From the NCBI GenBank assembly GCA_964016885.1, contig OZ024745.1:53506001-53570000 (forward strand): a stretch of DNA of 64,000 nt. The letters are read 5' to 3'. Source of the DNA: Eledone cirrhosa. Its lineage: Eukaryota. Each line of letters starts with the position of its first letter. Positions within the stretch are counted from its first letter, which is position 1. Positions 1 to 14,797 of the stretch are shown here, in pieces. A model generated the notes under the pieces. That model did no database searches. It worked only from the letters and a program-made list of their open reading frames with translations, and had not been told where the DNA came from. The position numbers and the translations under genes are program-made.

Positions 1-1052
1 CGTATTTTACTTCGGACAACGCAGCCTTCGTGCTTCGCGCCGAAAAACTGGCTCAAAGCCGTTCTCGACGCTAGCACTCTGGCCACGTCGCCGCTTCTAA
101 TTGCCTCTTCTACTCTATCTATTAGCTCCCTTTCCTTCCTATTCCTATCCGCAGCTAGAACCTTACTAAATTCTATCGAGACTACTCTAATCTCTCTCTT
201 TAGAGATACCCACCACCTGCTGTTGACGATCGCTCCAGTCAACCGTTCCTTAACTAACGTACTAATCCGATTCCTGTAGGCTCTACTTGCCGGCAAGGAC
301 AAGTTGAGCTTCCAGTAACCGGGGCCCTGTCTATGAGTTCTGTCAAGGTTGACCATGCAGGTCACTAATTTGTGGTCTGAATAGCCAACCATGCGCATTT
401 TTGGACAACTTAAAAAGTCCTTATCCTTAATTCTAACTAAGAACCTATCTAGGTACGACCTAGATGATCCGCTACGATTTGCCCAAGTCCAGGTTGGCGC
501 AGTCGGAAAATCTAGTCGATATCTATCGGCCAGGTCAAATCGACCGATTAACCCTTTGAGGCTATTACACCCCTCTCTATCGGGGCAGGCCCCTACGTAG
601 TCCCAGCGTGCATCTAGGATACCATTCCAGTCCCCCACTAATAGCAAGGATCGAGACGTCCCTAGAAAAGTCTCCAGACGATGGAAGAAGTCCGGCCGCA
701 TTGACCCGAAAGGGCCGTAGGCGGCTACCAACCTAAACGCTCCGCCTTTACCACTGCCAAGGTCCAGAACCACTAGTCGACCCTCCGGGTCCAAATGTAC
801 CATCTGTGTTGCGAGACCCAGATGTTTTTGCAGCAGAACGACAACTCCACCCCCACCTCCGGGCTGACAGAGAGATGCGTGCATCTCAAAGTCATCAAAG
901 GTGGGGGCCAGCTGTCGCACGTTGCTGATCCGGGCCTCGCAAATAACCATCACATCTATACGTTGTGACCTGAGGTCATTTAGAAGCATTGCTTGCTTCC
1001 AAGTTGAGCCCAGGCCATGCGCATTTAAACAGCCTACTCTTAGCATAGCCAT
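1..1052 (-). CDS. L1/Tx1-type non-LTR retrotransposon ORF2, N-terminal APE endonuclease domain; runs off the window's left edge
   Basis: Manual minus-strand translation from ATG at 1052: MAMLRVGCLNAHGL...VICEARI...GGVVVLL...DPEGRLVVLD...AYGP...LLVGDWNGILD...TWTW...SYLDRFLV...YSDHKLV...GPGYWKLN. These are the canonical APE motifs plus the L1/Tx1 GxWKLN motif. Absent from the ORF track because it has no stop in the window. Confidence 0.92.
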   Translation of the reverse strand, partial: MAMLRVGCLNAHGLGSTWKQAMLLNDLRSQRIDVMVICEARISNVRQLAPTFDDFEMHASLCQPGGGGGVVVLLQKHLGLATQMVHLDPEGRLVVLDLGSGKGGAFRLVAAYGPFGSMRPDFFHRLETFLGTSRSLLLVGDWNGILDARWDYVGACPDREGCNSLKGLIGRFDLADRYRLDFPTAPTWTWANRSGSSRSYLDRFLVRIKDKDFLSCPKMRMVGYSDHKLVTCMVNLDRTHRQGPGYWKLNLSLPASRAYRNRISTLVKERLTGAIVNSRWWVSLKREIRVVSIEFSKVLAADRNRKERELIDRVEEAIRSGDVARVLASRTALSQFFGAKHEGCVVRSKI

Positions 1053-1313
1053 GTTGGTGGTGAAGAGAAAAGGCACTTACCTCTCTGCGTCCCGGGTATC
1101 GGGCTGCACAATTTCCATTAGGGTGGGGGATGGGTTGTTGGGTGGGGTGGTGGTTTGTGGAAGTGTGGGGGCATCAGTGTGTTGTGTGGTTGGGGAGCTT
1201 GGAGTTGTGTAGGTGTTTGGAGAGGGGGTGGGATAGTTTTTTAGGAGGACGCGGTTAATGGGCCCGACGCAGGGGGGACCCACGTCCTCTTTAAAATTGT
1301 TTTTTAAAGTTTT

Positions 1314-1314
<1 letters not shown>
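1..1314 (-). mobile_element. 5'-truncated L1/Tx1-type element: end of ORF1 (frame open from the junction to the stop at 1077), 24-nt spacer, then ORF2
   Basis: A Pro/Thr-rich frame ends just upstream of the ORF2 ATG. The element boundary abuts (TAGA)n at 1315-1378. Confidence 0.8.
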
Positions 1315-1379
<65 letters not shown>

Positions 1380-3465
1380 TTCTATTATTTAATTATCGCA
1401 AATAGTCCTCCAGATCATACTTAACGTTTCATTAGAGTGACAGATAAAATTAGCGTAAGTTGTCTCCAGTTTCGATTATATGGATTCGCAGACTACAGAT
1501 TCAGATCTAGATAGTCGATTTAATCCAACCCGAATACTGGAAGTTGAACAGGAATTTTGTTGGTATGGAAATATTTCCTAGATCAGACCGGATTAGCGAA
1601 CTACTAAAACGCTTTTCGTCGTTAGTGTAGTCGAAATCTTGAAAATAAAGAAACGATGTTGTGAAGATCTATAAATCCATAAAAACTAAAAATAAGAATA
1701 TATATAAAACAGGCAATTTTCACATGATCTGATAGTATATATGAACAGATTTGTGTTACTTTTTACTATAGGTGCATGTTACTATATCAACAATTAATTT
1801 GGCTTTTTAACTTTCTTAAAATATTACATATCTAGAATTACGTTATCAAAGGTCTCTTCTTATTTAAAACATTTAGATGTGTTTAATTGATTGAGTTTTG
1901 GCTGCTATTTCTAGTAAGCTGAACGATGACATAGTAGTTCTCTGACTCGTTTGTTTCTATATCTGCTATTGGGGATTACAGCAATGATGATTATGTCTTT
2001 CTTTAACAACCATGTTATGTAACTTTAATTTCTTCCCTATTCAGTCACAGAGAAAAAAATATTTTCAATCTCTTTTCCTAAGTAGAAAACTACATTAAAT
2101 GTAAATTATTTGTTCCACACTTCTGGATTTTCTTTAAAGGGGCTTGTTGTCCTATAAAAACACTTGTCATTTAGTCTTCTCTCTTTTATTTGAGATACTC
2201 AATAAATTCTATTCTATTATTTCTTCCTCGCGCTTGATGTATTCTTTAAGTCCCTGTGTTGTTTCTTCGTGATGCTTCTTAATCTTTTCCTATATCAGCT
2301 TAAAATGTTGCTTTAGCATCTCTGCTAGCCTCTCTGTTTAATGATATTACAGCTTCTCTTAATTTCTCAAGGATGACACGTCTTCAATCCTCACTTCCAT
2401 CATAACATTTTTTAGCTTATATTTTGTCTTGTTTTTGTTGGGAGTGGATAGAATTTTATCTTTTTTTCCTTTCATTTAATTTTTTGTGTACTTTTTTTTA
2501 TCTGATTAATGTCTGTTCTGAGAAATCAGAATCAACTGCATTTTTGAAGTCATGTGCAAAATCAAATTCCAGGTCCAAACACTTTCCATTCTTTTACTGC
2601 TAACTTCTATCAATTCACAGAGTTGCATCCTATTTTTCATCTCATGTTTTTGTTGCCGTTGTAATTGCTTTTTGTTGTAGTTAATGGTTGCATCGATAAT
2701 GATGATGCTATTAGGGATAAGGATGACAACGATGGTAGTGGTGGTGGTAATGTATAAGAGGAGAATGAGGAACCACAACAGCAGGAGGAAATGAAAAAGG
2801 TTGATAATTAGAATGATGATAATCATGATGCCGATGATGGAAAACAGAATAGTCATAATTGGTAACGATAATGATGATGACGATGATGATAAGTGTTTCA
2901 TTCCAGCCACCATCCGTCCGTATTTTTATTTATATTTTGATATTTCGACATCGTGTATCTAGGACTACAATATTTAATGTTTAATTTTGTAAAAGCGGTA
3001 AGAAGTGAGATTCTTGTCAGAACTGGCTGTTATTTCTAGTAGACCTATAGTGTACACAGAGGCTGCATCAAGCAAATTGTATGATGTCATGGAACCACAT
3101 TACACTTGGGTATTGGGATTTTTGGGAAAATGTTATGTATAAAGCACGTGTTAAAGTCTCTATGGACAGAGTATTCCGTGTATTCATGTACATCTCTCGC
3201 GTCGTTAGTAGAAGTAATGGTAGGAAAAATAACAATAAGGATTAATATCGCGTTCTTTCCAAATATTTATGATCATTACACACAGAAATACACACACATG
3301 CACACGCACATACACATACACTCACTCACTTACACACATGTATATATATATGTGTGTGTGCATGCGGGTGTGTGTACTCGCTCACACCGCTCTCGTTGAA
3401 TTAATGTTGCGACTGTTCTTTCAATTATCGTGTATGTCGTTGTGTATAGAATATAGTTGTTTCTA

Positions 3466-3565
3466 CTTTAGACACAAGGCCAGCAATTACCCAGTACATT
3501 ACTGGTACTTTATTTTATCGACCCCGTAAGGATGAAAGGCAAAGTTAACCTCGGCGGGATTTGAC
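3466..3565 (-). mobile_element. SINE 3' fragment (family A)
   Basis: Reverse complement of the family core cccgccgaggttaactttgcctttcatcc...gtcgataaaataaagtaccagt...gctggccttgtg, also seen at 14.5, 14.7, 47.7 and 57.8 kb. Confidence 0.8.
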
Positions 3566-4537
3566 TGTAAAGAGACGTAACTGTGCTAGAAAGCATACCA
3601 TTTAACTACAAGTATCAATGTCATGTTGTGTTACAAGACTGTAAAATTCACAGATAAAATTCATTCGATTGGAGCCTGCATAGTATCGCTGTGCCCAATA
3701 TTTGCAAGGTTTGAGGACAAGAATATGTAATTTATCAACCCGCTAACGCAAATATAGTACCACAGAGGTATTCTGGTCTATAGAAGATTGTGATTTCTGT
3801 GTAAGAAGCAGTACATGACCTGATAATTGATATGCGCAGATGACTGGCTGAGTGAAGTCTGAGGGCATTCAGGAAAAGAGACCGGAAAACTATATTGGTC
3901 TTGTAGAAGAAATCTGTCCTCAGTCGCCTGAAATATTGCTTTCAGCTAGCTTCACCCAACAGTGTCAAATTAACTGTGGAACTTGAAGCAATCCAACTAA
4001 ACTGCACAAAGAAGTCTCCTTCAATGAAAAAGATTAGCTACTAGTGAGAAGTTGAAAAATTAAGAATCTATACGTAGAAATACGCATTGTTAAATATATA
4101 AGAAGAATCCTGGTAATGTTATTAATAAACTGTTCCATTGAGAGCTGGACCATCCACTGAACGACCATGTAGACGTTCCAACATTGGCTCTTCATTGTTG
4201 TTGTTGCTAGTGTCGTTGTTTATATTGCTATTGATTATCTCTATTGTTGTTGTTGTTGTTTTTGTTGTTGTTGATTTTGTTAGTAGTAGTGATGGAGGTG
4301 ATTTGTTATTATTACTATCAATTTTGTAGCTAGTGTTATTACAAGTGATGTTGTTCTTAATGATTTTGTTGATGTTTTTGTTGGTGCTTCAATTATTTTG
4401 TGTTGTATATATTGTTTGGCCACCACCGGCTCCACATTGATCAAGCAGAGTTACTTTCGAAAGTATTCCATCTATGACAATACCGTCATTTTTTTTCTGG
4501 TATCTATATCTTCCCTTGCTTACGATGGTAGTCGTAG

Positions 4538-4598
4538 CATGGCCGAATGGTTAAGAAGTTAGCCTCGCAATCATGAGATCCCGTGTTTGATTCCACTA
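4538..4598 (+). mobile_element. Degenerate tRNA-derived SINE head
   Basis: A-box-like tggccgaatgg and decayed B-box-like gtttgattcc at tRNA-like spacing; no complete cloverleaf. Confidence 0.45.
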
Positions 4599-4964
4599 TT
4601 CCTAGTACAGCGATTATCCACCTTGATATTTGTGTTAATTTTTCTCCCAAGGTATTCCAGCCGTGACAATCCTAGATTTTCCCTCAGCATATTAAACCCA
4701 GAACCTCGTTGTCTAATGCATTCTTTGATTTTTTAAGGCACTGGAGGGTGATTTGGGGGAGATATAGCTGCTATTTCTTGCAAATAATGTAACTATTTAA
4801 AGACCTTCCTCGTTTTCGTTGTTGTTTGTTTTTCTTCTTTTTTCATGTGATGTAATTTTTGTTGTAGGTTTTGGTGTTGTTATTGCTTGTGTTGTTGGTA
4901 TTGTTATAAAAGGGGAGAGATTCGTGAAGAAGAGATATTAGTTTACATATCTTGGTCACTGTTT

Positions 4965-5680
4965 TTGTTGTTGTTGGTGGTGGTGGTGGTGGTGGTGGTG
5001 GTGGTGGTAGTGGTGGTGATGGTGGTGGTGGTGGTAGTGGTGCTGGTGGTGGTGGTGATGGTGGTGGTGGTGGTAGTGGTGCTGGTGGTGGTGGTGATGG
5101 TGGTGGTGCTGGTAGAGCTAGTGCTGGTGCTGGTGCTGGTGGAATTTAGCCCCAAGTCAACCCTGATCAAACCATAACCAATGTTTATGATCAAATATTA
5201 TCTAGCCATTGAGGGAGATTTGACTGTTGTTTCTAACAGATGAAACAACCACAGAGAAGCTCCCACATTTGGCTCCCTTCTTTTATTGTTGTTGATGTTC
5301 CTGCTGTTGTTAACCTTTGCTACTACTGCAGCTGCAGCTGATAGTTTTGTTGCTGCTGTTTTGCTTTGGCTGCTGTTGATGTTGCTACAAATATTTTTGC
5401 TGTTGTTTTTGTGGTCGTTGTTACTGCTGCTGCAGTTGCGACTACTATTGTTGTTGTTGTTGCTGCTGATGTTGTGGTGGTTGTAATTGTTGTTACTCTT
5501 GCTTACTGTCTCTTCTACCATTGTTGCAGCTGCTGTTGCTCTTGTCATTTATGTCATTGTTGGTGCTGTTGTTATTGTTGTTGTAATGGTGTAAATGTTA
5601 TTACTTCTACTGTGACTGTTCTTGCTGTTCTTGTTGTTGCTTTGGATGTTCTATTTATTGTTCTATTTGTTGTTGTTCTT
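4965..5680. repeat. (GGT)n and (GTT/GCT)n trinucleotide microsatellite region
   Basis: Directly visible; explains the poly-V/G/T/L ORFs. Confidence 0.9.
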
Positions 5681-6060
5681 ACTATTCCATCTGACCGTTA
5701 GTGGCTGTCAAGAAAGAGAGAAAAGGAAAGAGAATGGGAGAAATTTTGTGAAGACAATGTTGTAATTTACAACAAGGACATCCGTTTTCTTGTATATGAT
5801 ATTATACATTCATCGAATTGTCATTTGCATAGTCAAAACAAAGCTTTAAATATCAAATATCAATATATTTTTACCCTGGTGGCACCAAATCAGACCACTT
5901 GTCTTGTCTCTTTACATGATGTACATACACACACATACACTCACATATGCACACAAATATATATATAAACGGGGTAACAAATAATAGTTATATGCAATTG
6001 TCAGCAATGAGATTAAAAACCTTTTTGTATAGCAAACCGTGTCACTCTTCTTTCCTGATT

Positions 6061-6096
<36 letters not shown>

Positions 6097-6119
6097 CTTT
6101 ATTTTTATATATATATAGA

Positions 6120-7048
6120 AAACCCACTGTACCAATAGGAAATGTATCATATGTAAGGTGAACCTCCGGATAAACTGTAAAACTAGAAACGTAGTCTATA
6201 GCATAAGATGTACAGAGGGTACTTGCAGAAACACGACAACAACATACATAGGTGAGACAGCTCGTAGCATAGGTGAAAGGATAGACCAACACTGGGGGGA
6301 ACTAAAAGGACGAAAAAACGGGTCAGTACTATACGAACATGCTAGACAACAACATGACGGTAACATAGACAACATAGAAATTAGAATAATATCTAAACAT
6401 AGGAATGACCCAGCAGATAGGCAAATCAGAGAGGCCAGTGAAATAGAAATTAGAAGACCAAAGCTAAACAGAAAGAATGAGTGGAACAACAACAACACCC
6501 AAACAAACAACACTGACCTAAGAGAAGAATAAATAAATAAGTAAATTAAATTAAATAAAATAAGATAAATAAATACATACACAAGCACATAAACACACAC
6601 TAGTCACCCAGCAGACACAACACTATACACACTAGTCACACATCACACATAACACTATACACACACGCAAACGCATGCGCAAAGAAGACAAAATAAAATA
6701 AGATAAACAAACAAGCAAATAAATAAATAAATATATAGACAGACTGAACAAAAAAAAAATGGCGTAGACATACAACACAACAGGAGGAACAATGAATATA
6801 ACACCACTGACGATGTTGCAGATGTGCAACGAAAGATTTATGTAAATTATGTAAACTATATATATATGTGTTTGTCTATATTGTATCTGTATTATTTTTG
6901 ACCGCCGGTCAGTCAATGGCAACATTGAGGACCGAGTAAGTTAGATCGCAGATATATATATATAAAAGACAGCGAGAAGCGAAAACCAACCAAACAGTGA
7001 GTGTGTTCTGTTATTAATTCTGGCAATATTACGCAAATATGACCCTCC

Positions 7049-7050
<2 letters not shown>
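6120..7050 (+). mobile_element. Penelope-like element 3' fragment (GIY-YIG C-terminus plus pLTR region) between (TA)n tracts
   Basis: ORF 6158-6532 (NCKTRNVVYSIRCTEG...YIGETARSIGERI...EH...R.IREA..I....PKLN) closely resembles the C-terminus of ORF 29473-32961. Ends at the shared atgaccctccc motif, then (AT)n. Confidence 0.92.
6805..6842 (+). ncRNA. Minimal type I hammerhead ribozyme, weak stem I
   Basis: ca-CTGACGA-t-gttgca/gatg/tgcaac-GAAA-gatt-TA-tg; same position in the element as the HHR at 33794. Confidence 0.65.
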
Positions 7051-7140
<90 letters not shown>

Positions 7141-7202
7141 ACATACATATATATATATATGTGTGTGTGTGTTAATCCCGGGTTCAATCGGGGGTAACCA
7201 CA

Positions 7203-7304
<102 letters not shown>

Positions 7305-8098
7305 AGACGTTTTTTATCACTTATATGTAAACATTTTTTTTGTCGAATGTATTTGTCTTTTGCCTGGCGCACCACTTTATTCCAAGGAGAATTCTCAAGT
7401 GAAATTCAGTCGATTTCCCAGATACGTAGTTGGCATCGCTGCTGGAGCAGCAATCCGCTGGGTGTGTGCTGGGAGCTCCTTGTGGTCTTGGGTGTCGGGT
7501 TACCTGGAGGCCAAACATGAAAGAAAATGTTGTGCCGTGCTAGCAAATTTTTCATAGTTCACTTCTAGCATTAGAGAAGGCATATGTGTTATTCAATATT
7601 AACCACCTCTCAACTCTGCAGTTTCTGCATTTCCTAGTTATATTGATATAGAGTCGGCATCTTTCTGAAATCCTTCAGCTGAGTTCTGTTTAGTAAACAG
7701 ACGTAACTGGAAAATGTGTGTTGTTTCTTTCCTCCTGGCAATGGATAGGCACAATATGGTTATTATAACATTCAAACATCGTGTAAAAGACATGAGTAGG
7801 AGAATTTGCAACCTCTTTTCTAGGTGAGGTGTATTTAAAACCAACATCGGAATATCTAATAAACAAAACACTTTTCCGCTAACCTAACCATATATATAAG
7901 AAGCTATTTAATAGACATAACCTCAAAATCAGCTTTAGCTCCATGCCAAAATTCAAAGGTATAGTAAGTAACAAAGCCCCACAAAATATATATGTATATC
8001 TATATACATGTTTATATATGTATGTATATATAGAGAGAGAGAAAGCGAGGGGAGAGACAGGAAAGAGAGAGTAGAAAGAAAGATAGATAGATAGATTA

Positions 8099-8184
<86 letters not shown>

Positions 8185-8185
<1 letters not shown>

Positions 8186-9173
8186 TATTTCTTTTATTTG
8201 CCACTAGGGCATCAAAAGTGGGACAAGTACAAAGGGGGGAGTTTACACAAAAAGGCGTCCTCAATAAGGAGGAGGCAATAACAAAATATAAAAATAAAAT
8301 AAGATATAACAAAAAATAAAATTTTTAACAAAATCCTCAATAGAGAGGAGGCGCCTTGGGGGGTCGCACACACCCCCGAAAAAAGTGTGCAACCCTTCTC
8401 CTCAGGAGCACAGAGAAGGGGTGCTCCCTTGGTCTTTCATCTTCCTCACCTATAGTCTGATGTAGAGTGAAGGCCCATTCACACGGGCCATTCTCGCCAC
8501 TTTCACCCATCTTTCATAGAAACGGCTGGGGTGCAGCACCTCTCTCTCCATCCTGATCCTTCTTCCGAAATGATATCGGAAGAAACGGACCAGTTGTTGG
8601 CCAGAGAGAAAGGTGCCTGACCTCAGTCCTTTCAGACGCGTCCACCATACAACCTCTTTCGCCATGGCTATTACGCACAGAAACACCGCCTCTGCTTCAT
8701 CTTTGAAGGGGGGAGGCGGCTTGATCATTACAATAGACTCGGTGGTCAACCGGATCGGTTCCACCCTTGACAGCAGTTGTTCGACATAGCCCCACAGATC
8801 GGCTACGCCCGAGCAGTGTACCAATGCGTGTGCAACGGTTTCCTCGTCGCACACGCATCTGGGACAGATCTTTTTGGCGGGGTCCCTACCCGGGCGCCCG
8901 TGTCTGTAGAGCCTTTCTCGAACGGGTAAAGCCCCTCGGTAGCACTGCCAGGCCAGGGACTTCTGGAAGTTGTCCATAGGTCCCGGGCTGAATGTCCTAC
9001 CGAACAGGCTGGCCAGTTCGTCCTCCTCCATGTCTAGGGCTTCTCCGAGGGCGTCGTCGCACCTGCTGCGTACCAGCCCTCTATAGAATGTTGCGGTGGA
9101 GTCTCCACTGATAACCGGATCCGCCTGCCAGAGGGCGGTGAGCGCCTGGGCACACTCAGTGTGCCAGGCGCCC
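8185..9173 (-). mobile_element. L1/Tx1-type element 3' fragment: ORF2 C-terminal zinc-binding region (8450-9173) plus 3' UTR
   Basis: Translation shows LAWQCYRGALPVRERLYRHG...CPRC...ETVAHALVHC...LW (zf-RVT-like CCHC). The UTR ends AATAAAAGAAATA followed by (TATC)n. (GATA)n lies on both sides. Confidence 0.9.
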
Positions 9174-9237
<64 letters not shown>

Positions 9238-9981
9238 TTCCCACGCCTAATCATTTCGCATTCTTCTGCTTCAAAGAACAGACTTTTCGAAACGATTACT
9301 TTAAAATGACTTATTTAAATAATGCTTTCTTTTCTGATATAAAACTTTTTCACTTCAACTTTCATATTTCGTATTCACTTCACTGAATAGATTCTTGAGT
9401 GCGGCGAACCAAAGTTTCGTAAGAGCAGAACTGAACTCACATAACATTTGTCAAAATAACAAGTGTAAGACAATAAATACCTATGTACTATTTACATATG
9501 TATATATTTTTCTATTAAAAAAATTCTCATTGATGCATATAATTTATAGTTCGTTGTTTTCTTTTTACTGTACATAGTGCTTTCACTTGCTTCTGTGTTG
9601 TACAGTACTGGAACGATTTTGTTAGATAAACAAGGCCAATACATTTTCTCTTATTTACTGCATCTCTTAAACGCTAACTAACTGGCAGGCAGGAAGGCGG
9701 ACTGCGTGCAATTGATATTTATCAGGTTTTCTTTCTGTCGATGTGTTTGTGTGTTGCATATATGGTTCATTGCTTTGGTATGTGAAATACGCGACTAAAT
9801 CTGTCGTCGATTTATGTAAAACAAGTGGAAAAAGAAAAGGAAGAAGATAGATGTATTGCGGTGATTTAGTAGCTGTAGGTGGTTGTGTTAAGTTAGAGGA
9901 CAGATATATACTTATGAGAACATACGTGCATACATGTGTAATAGTGTACAATTATATGAGTATCTGGTCTAGTAAACGTAC

Positions 9982-10015
<34 letters not shown>

Positions 10016-10017
<2 letters not shown>

Positions 10018-10192
10018 CAAAGGAATTGTGGTAAGGAACCAGATGGACCATAATGCACCATAGTACTCAATACTTAGGGTAGTAGAGTGGGAAATAGGAA
10101 AAGGTATGACCCCGACGGCTATTTCTGGACTGAAATAGTCCAGAAATAGCCGTCGAAACGGCTTGAGCTCTGCCGTCGGGGTCATACCTTTT

Positions 10193-10196
<4 letters not shown>
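10016..10196. mobile_element. Short PLE-type terminal fragment with internal inversion and a half hammerhead (family B)
   Basis: Homologous to 52392-52462, 53460-53647 and 61010-61232. Contains gccgtc-GAAA-cggc..gccg-TC-ggggtc. Flanked by (TA)n. Confidence 0.75.
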
Positions 10197-10247
<51 letters not shown>

Positions 10248-10671
10248 AGAGAAGTAGAGAGAGAGAGAGAGAGAGATAGATAGATAGATATATGGGGGTG
10301 TATGGATGTGTGCATGTTTTTGCATGCGTGTGTGTGCACATGTTTACGTGGGAGTACGTGTGTATGTATATTTATGTTTTACATATATATATAAAGACAG
10401 AAAGGAAGAATAGTATATAGATATATGTGCGTGCGTGTGTGTGTATGTAAGTGTGTGTGTGTGTGCGCGCATGTGTGCGTGTGTGTGTGTGTGTGTATAG
10501 ATACATATAAATCGGGGGATGGGTTCGATTATATATGTTGTCAGAAATATCTAAGTAGGTAGATTTCATGTCCAGATACATTTGTGCTCGATATTGATAT
10601 GTGTTTGATAAATTCCTTTTTCTATACACACATATACCAGCTTTGATATATCTATGTTTTGTGTCATTAGA

Positions 10672-11530
<859 letters not shown>

Positions 11531-11872
11531 AACACAAGATAAGCTTTCCTGAAGTTGTCCATTCGCAATCTTACGTTGTAAACTGCCATAGCATACAATA
11601 GTCTTTAGACAAAAGATGATGTTAAGATTTTTCATTCACCAATCGCTTCTAAAATTCTTCTTCGATAGAATTACGAGATACCCATTTCGAAGAAGCTTAT
11701 GTCGGTATGGAATTATAGTACTTCTTTTATTGAGCTACCCATTCTTATAGGCTTTGCTTTTGTATTTATTGCAAAGAATAGAATCTGTGAAGATATGTTT
11801 CGAAAGAATTGGAAGAAATATAAAGAATATCAGTATAGATATATAACTGACATACGCTTACACGTTGACACG

Positions 11873-12791
<919 letters not shown>

Positions 12792-13415
12792 ATGCTATAA
12801 GAAATATAGACAGACAAATAGGTAACAAAATATAACATATATAAAGGAAATACTGTTAAACGGATACTGCTGCTTATGGTGGTGTTTGAGAAGGTAGAGG
12901 TTGCTGTAGATGGTGGTGGTGCTGGTGGTGTGGATGTGGATACTAGATGAAAAATAAGCGATGAATAGATGAAACGACTTTATTGTGAAAATATCGTCAA
13001 TGTGAAATGTTAAATAGGCAGCTATTGAAATCGAATCAAATTTGTATAGGATGAAAGGTAAAAGAAAAAATTATTTTAAAAACAAGAAAATGTAAAGGAA
13101 GATGTATCGGAAGTAGAATTGGGAGTTGGAAATCTTTCGTTTGCTCTCTTATGATCAAGATTCCTTGAACTATTTCAATGAAAAGACAGGAACCATTCAA
13201 TAATTGTTGAAGGATGTCGAAAAGCCGACAGATTCTTTTTTAGAATTTACTTATATGATAAACACGATAGGAAGAGCCAAAGTTTACTCGGCGGAAGTCA
13301 GTTCGCTTCTAGAATAGCTGATTAATAACTGCAAGAGCGATGATTCGAATCTTTTTAAAAACCATCCGTCCTCACCCATCAAACACTTTCCGATCAATAG
13401 CCATGAATATTCCTG

Positions 13416-13457
<42 letters not shown>

Positions 13458-13473
13458 CATACATATATATATA

Positions 13474-13509
<36 letters not shown>

Positions 13510-13931
13510 TGCGTGTGTTGGTGTATTTGTACGTATAAATGTATATATACATATATATAAATAATCTACATAAAATTATATTTTAAAATAAGAAAATGTA
13601 CTTATGTAAATGCATACTAACACATACATACATATACACTATGTTGTGTGTGTGTGTGTGTGTATTAGAAAGAAGATAATTTGTTATAAAAATATTTAGT
13701 CTCTACAGTTATTATTGATTTCTTTTGACTTTGCTCAAGGTTTTGACTTGGCTGAAGGCCAAATGATGCTAAGAGAGAGATGAAAGGCAAAGTTGACCTC
13801 GCTTCTATTTGAACTCCGAACGTAGAGGTCTGAAACTAAATATTGTAAATCATTTACTATAGTGCTCTGGCGTATCAGTCGTAGCCTAATTTTAGTTAGT
13901 AATGGTATTTTTGTTTTGTTAATATGACACA

Positions 13932-14057
13932 AAGGCGGTGAATTGGCAGACGTTGTTACAGCGTAAAACGAAATGACTTGTGGTATTTTTTTCAGCTCCT
14001 TGTACTCTGAATTAAAATCCTATTGTGCTCAGATATTTCTTTCAGCTTTTCGTGTTC
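13932..14057 (+). mobile_element. Degenerate SINE (aaggcgg..aattggcaga head), followed directly by a LINE fragment
   Basis: Same head as 16094; decayed tctgaattaaaatcc B-box region. Confidence 0.5.
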
Positions 14058-14198
14058 GGTAAATTCCTCCGTAAAGTCGGAATGACGGCCGCACGCTTGA
14101 GGAAGGAAGCTCGTGACGCGGGATGGCTGTTGCAGCGAGTGTCTCTAGTCATTCTTCGTGGTAACGCTTTTCCTGTTTCATCAGCGGAGCGCGGATGA
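14058..14198 (+). pseudogene. C-terminus of a restriction-like endonuclease of a CRE-like non-LTR retrotransposon
   Basis: Reads GKFLRKVGMTAARLRKEARDAGWLLQRVSLVILRGNAFPVSSAERG*, matching the L.QR.S..+.RGNA terminal motif of RLE elements. A T-rich UTR follows. Confidence 0.7.
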
Positions 14199-14426
14199 GG
14201 TAACACTCAGACTGGGGTGTAGTCATTGCCCCTGCAACTTTTTCTTTCTTTTGTTGCTTATCCTTCTTTCTCTTTCCCCTCTAATTTCTTTGTTTTTCTT
14301 CCTTTTCTGTTCCCTTTAATAGTTTTTTTATTAGATACTGCTCAACTATTTTCATATAATGTCAATGGGTTTTCAAGGGATTGAGATGTGTTGTATATCA
14401 TTATCATTATTGGTGGTGGATTGGGA

Positions 14427-14797
14427 GTATCAGTAGAGGGTCGGACGCCATGCTTTGATGTATAGAGTTACGGCCCTTGCCATTCTGAGTTCAAATCCCG
14501 CCGAGGTTAACTTTGCCTTTCATCCTTATGGGGTCGATAAAATAAAGTACCAGTAATACACTGGGTAATTGCTGGCCTTGTGCCAAACGTAGAAACAATT
14601 ATCATTATTGGCAGTATCGGTAGAGGGTCTGACGCCATGCTTTGCAACAAAGAGTTATGCCCCTTTATGGTCTGAGTTCAAATCCCGCCGAGGTTAACTT
14701 TGCCTTTCATCCTTACGGAGTCGATAAAATAAAGTACCAGTAATACACTGGGATAATTGCTGGCCTTGTGCCAAAGGTAGAAACAATTATCATTATA
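14427..14797 (+). mobile_element. Two tandem copies of SINE family A
   Basis: Direct repeats of ~185 bp (14427-14608, 14614-14797), each with B-box-like gagttcaaatccc and an attatcatt tail. Confidence 0.88.

Noticed and set aside
1074-1085. Consensus splice donor (AG|GTAAGT, minus) overlapping the ORF1 stop of the L1/Tx1 element
   Set aside because: A single short match with no supporting acceptor or transcript evidence.
391-1212. Plus-strand ORFs 391-600 and 901-1212, and antisense ORFs over the PLE and LINE bodies
   Set aside because: Shadow frames of retroelement coding sequence on the opposite strand.
1890-5280. Recurring ggctgctatttctag motif (also ~15120, 15410, 39175)
   Set aside because: Probably an old dispersed repeat, but too decayed for me to set boundaries or class.
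14427-14797. tRNA genes suggested by B-box-like gagttcaaatccc
   Set aside because: No cloverleaf; part of a multi-copy SINE with a shared body and tail.
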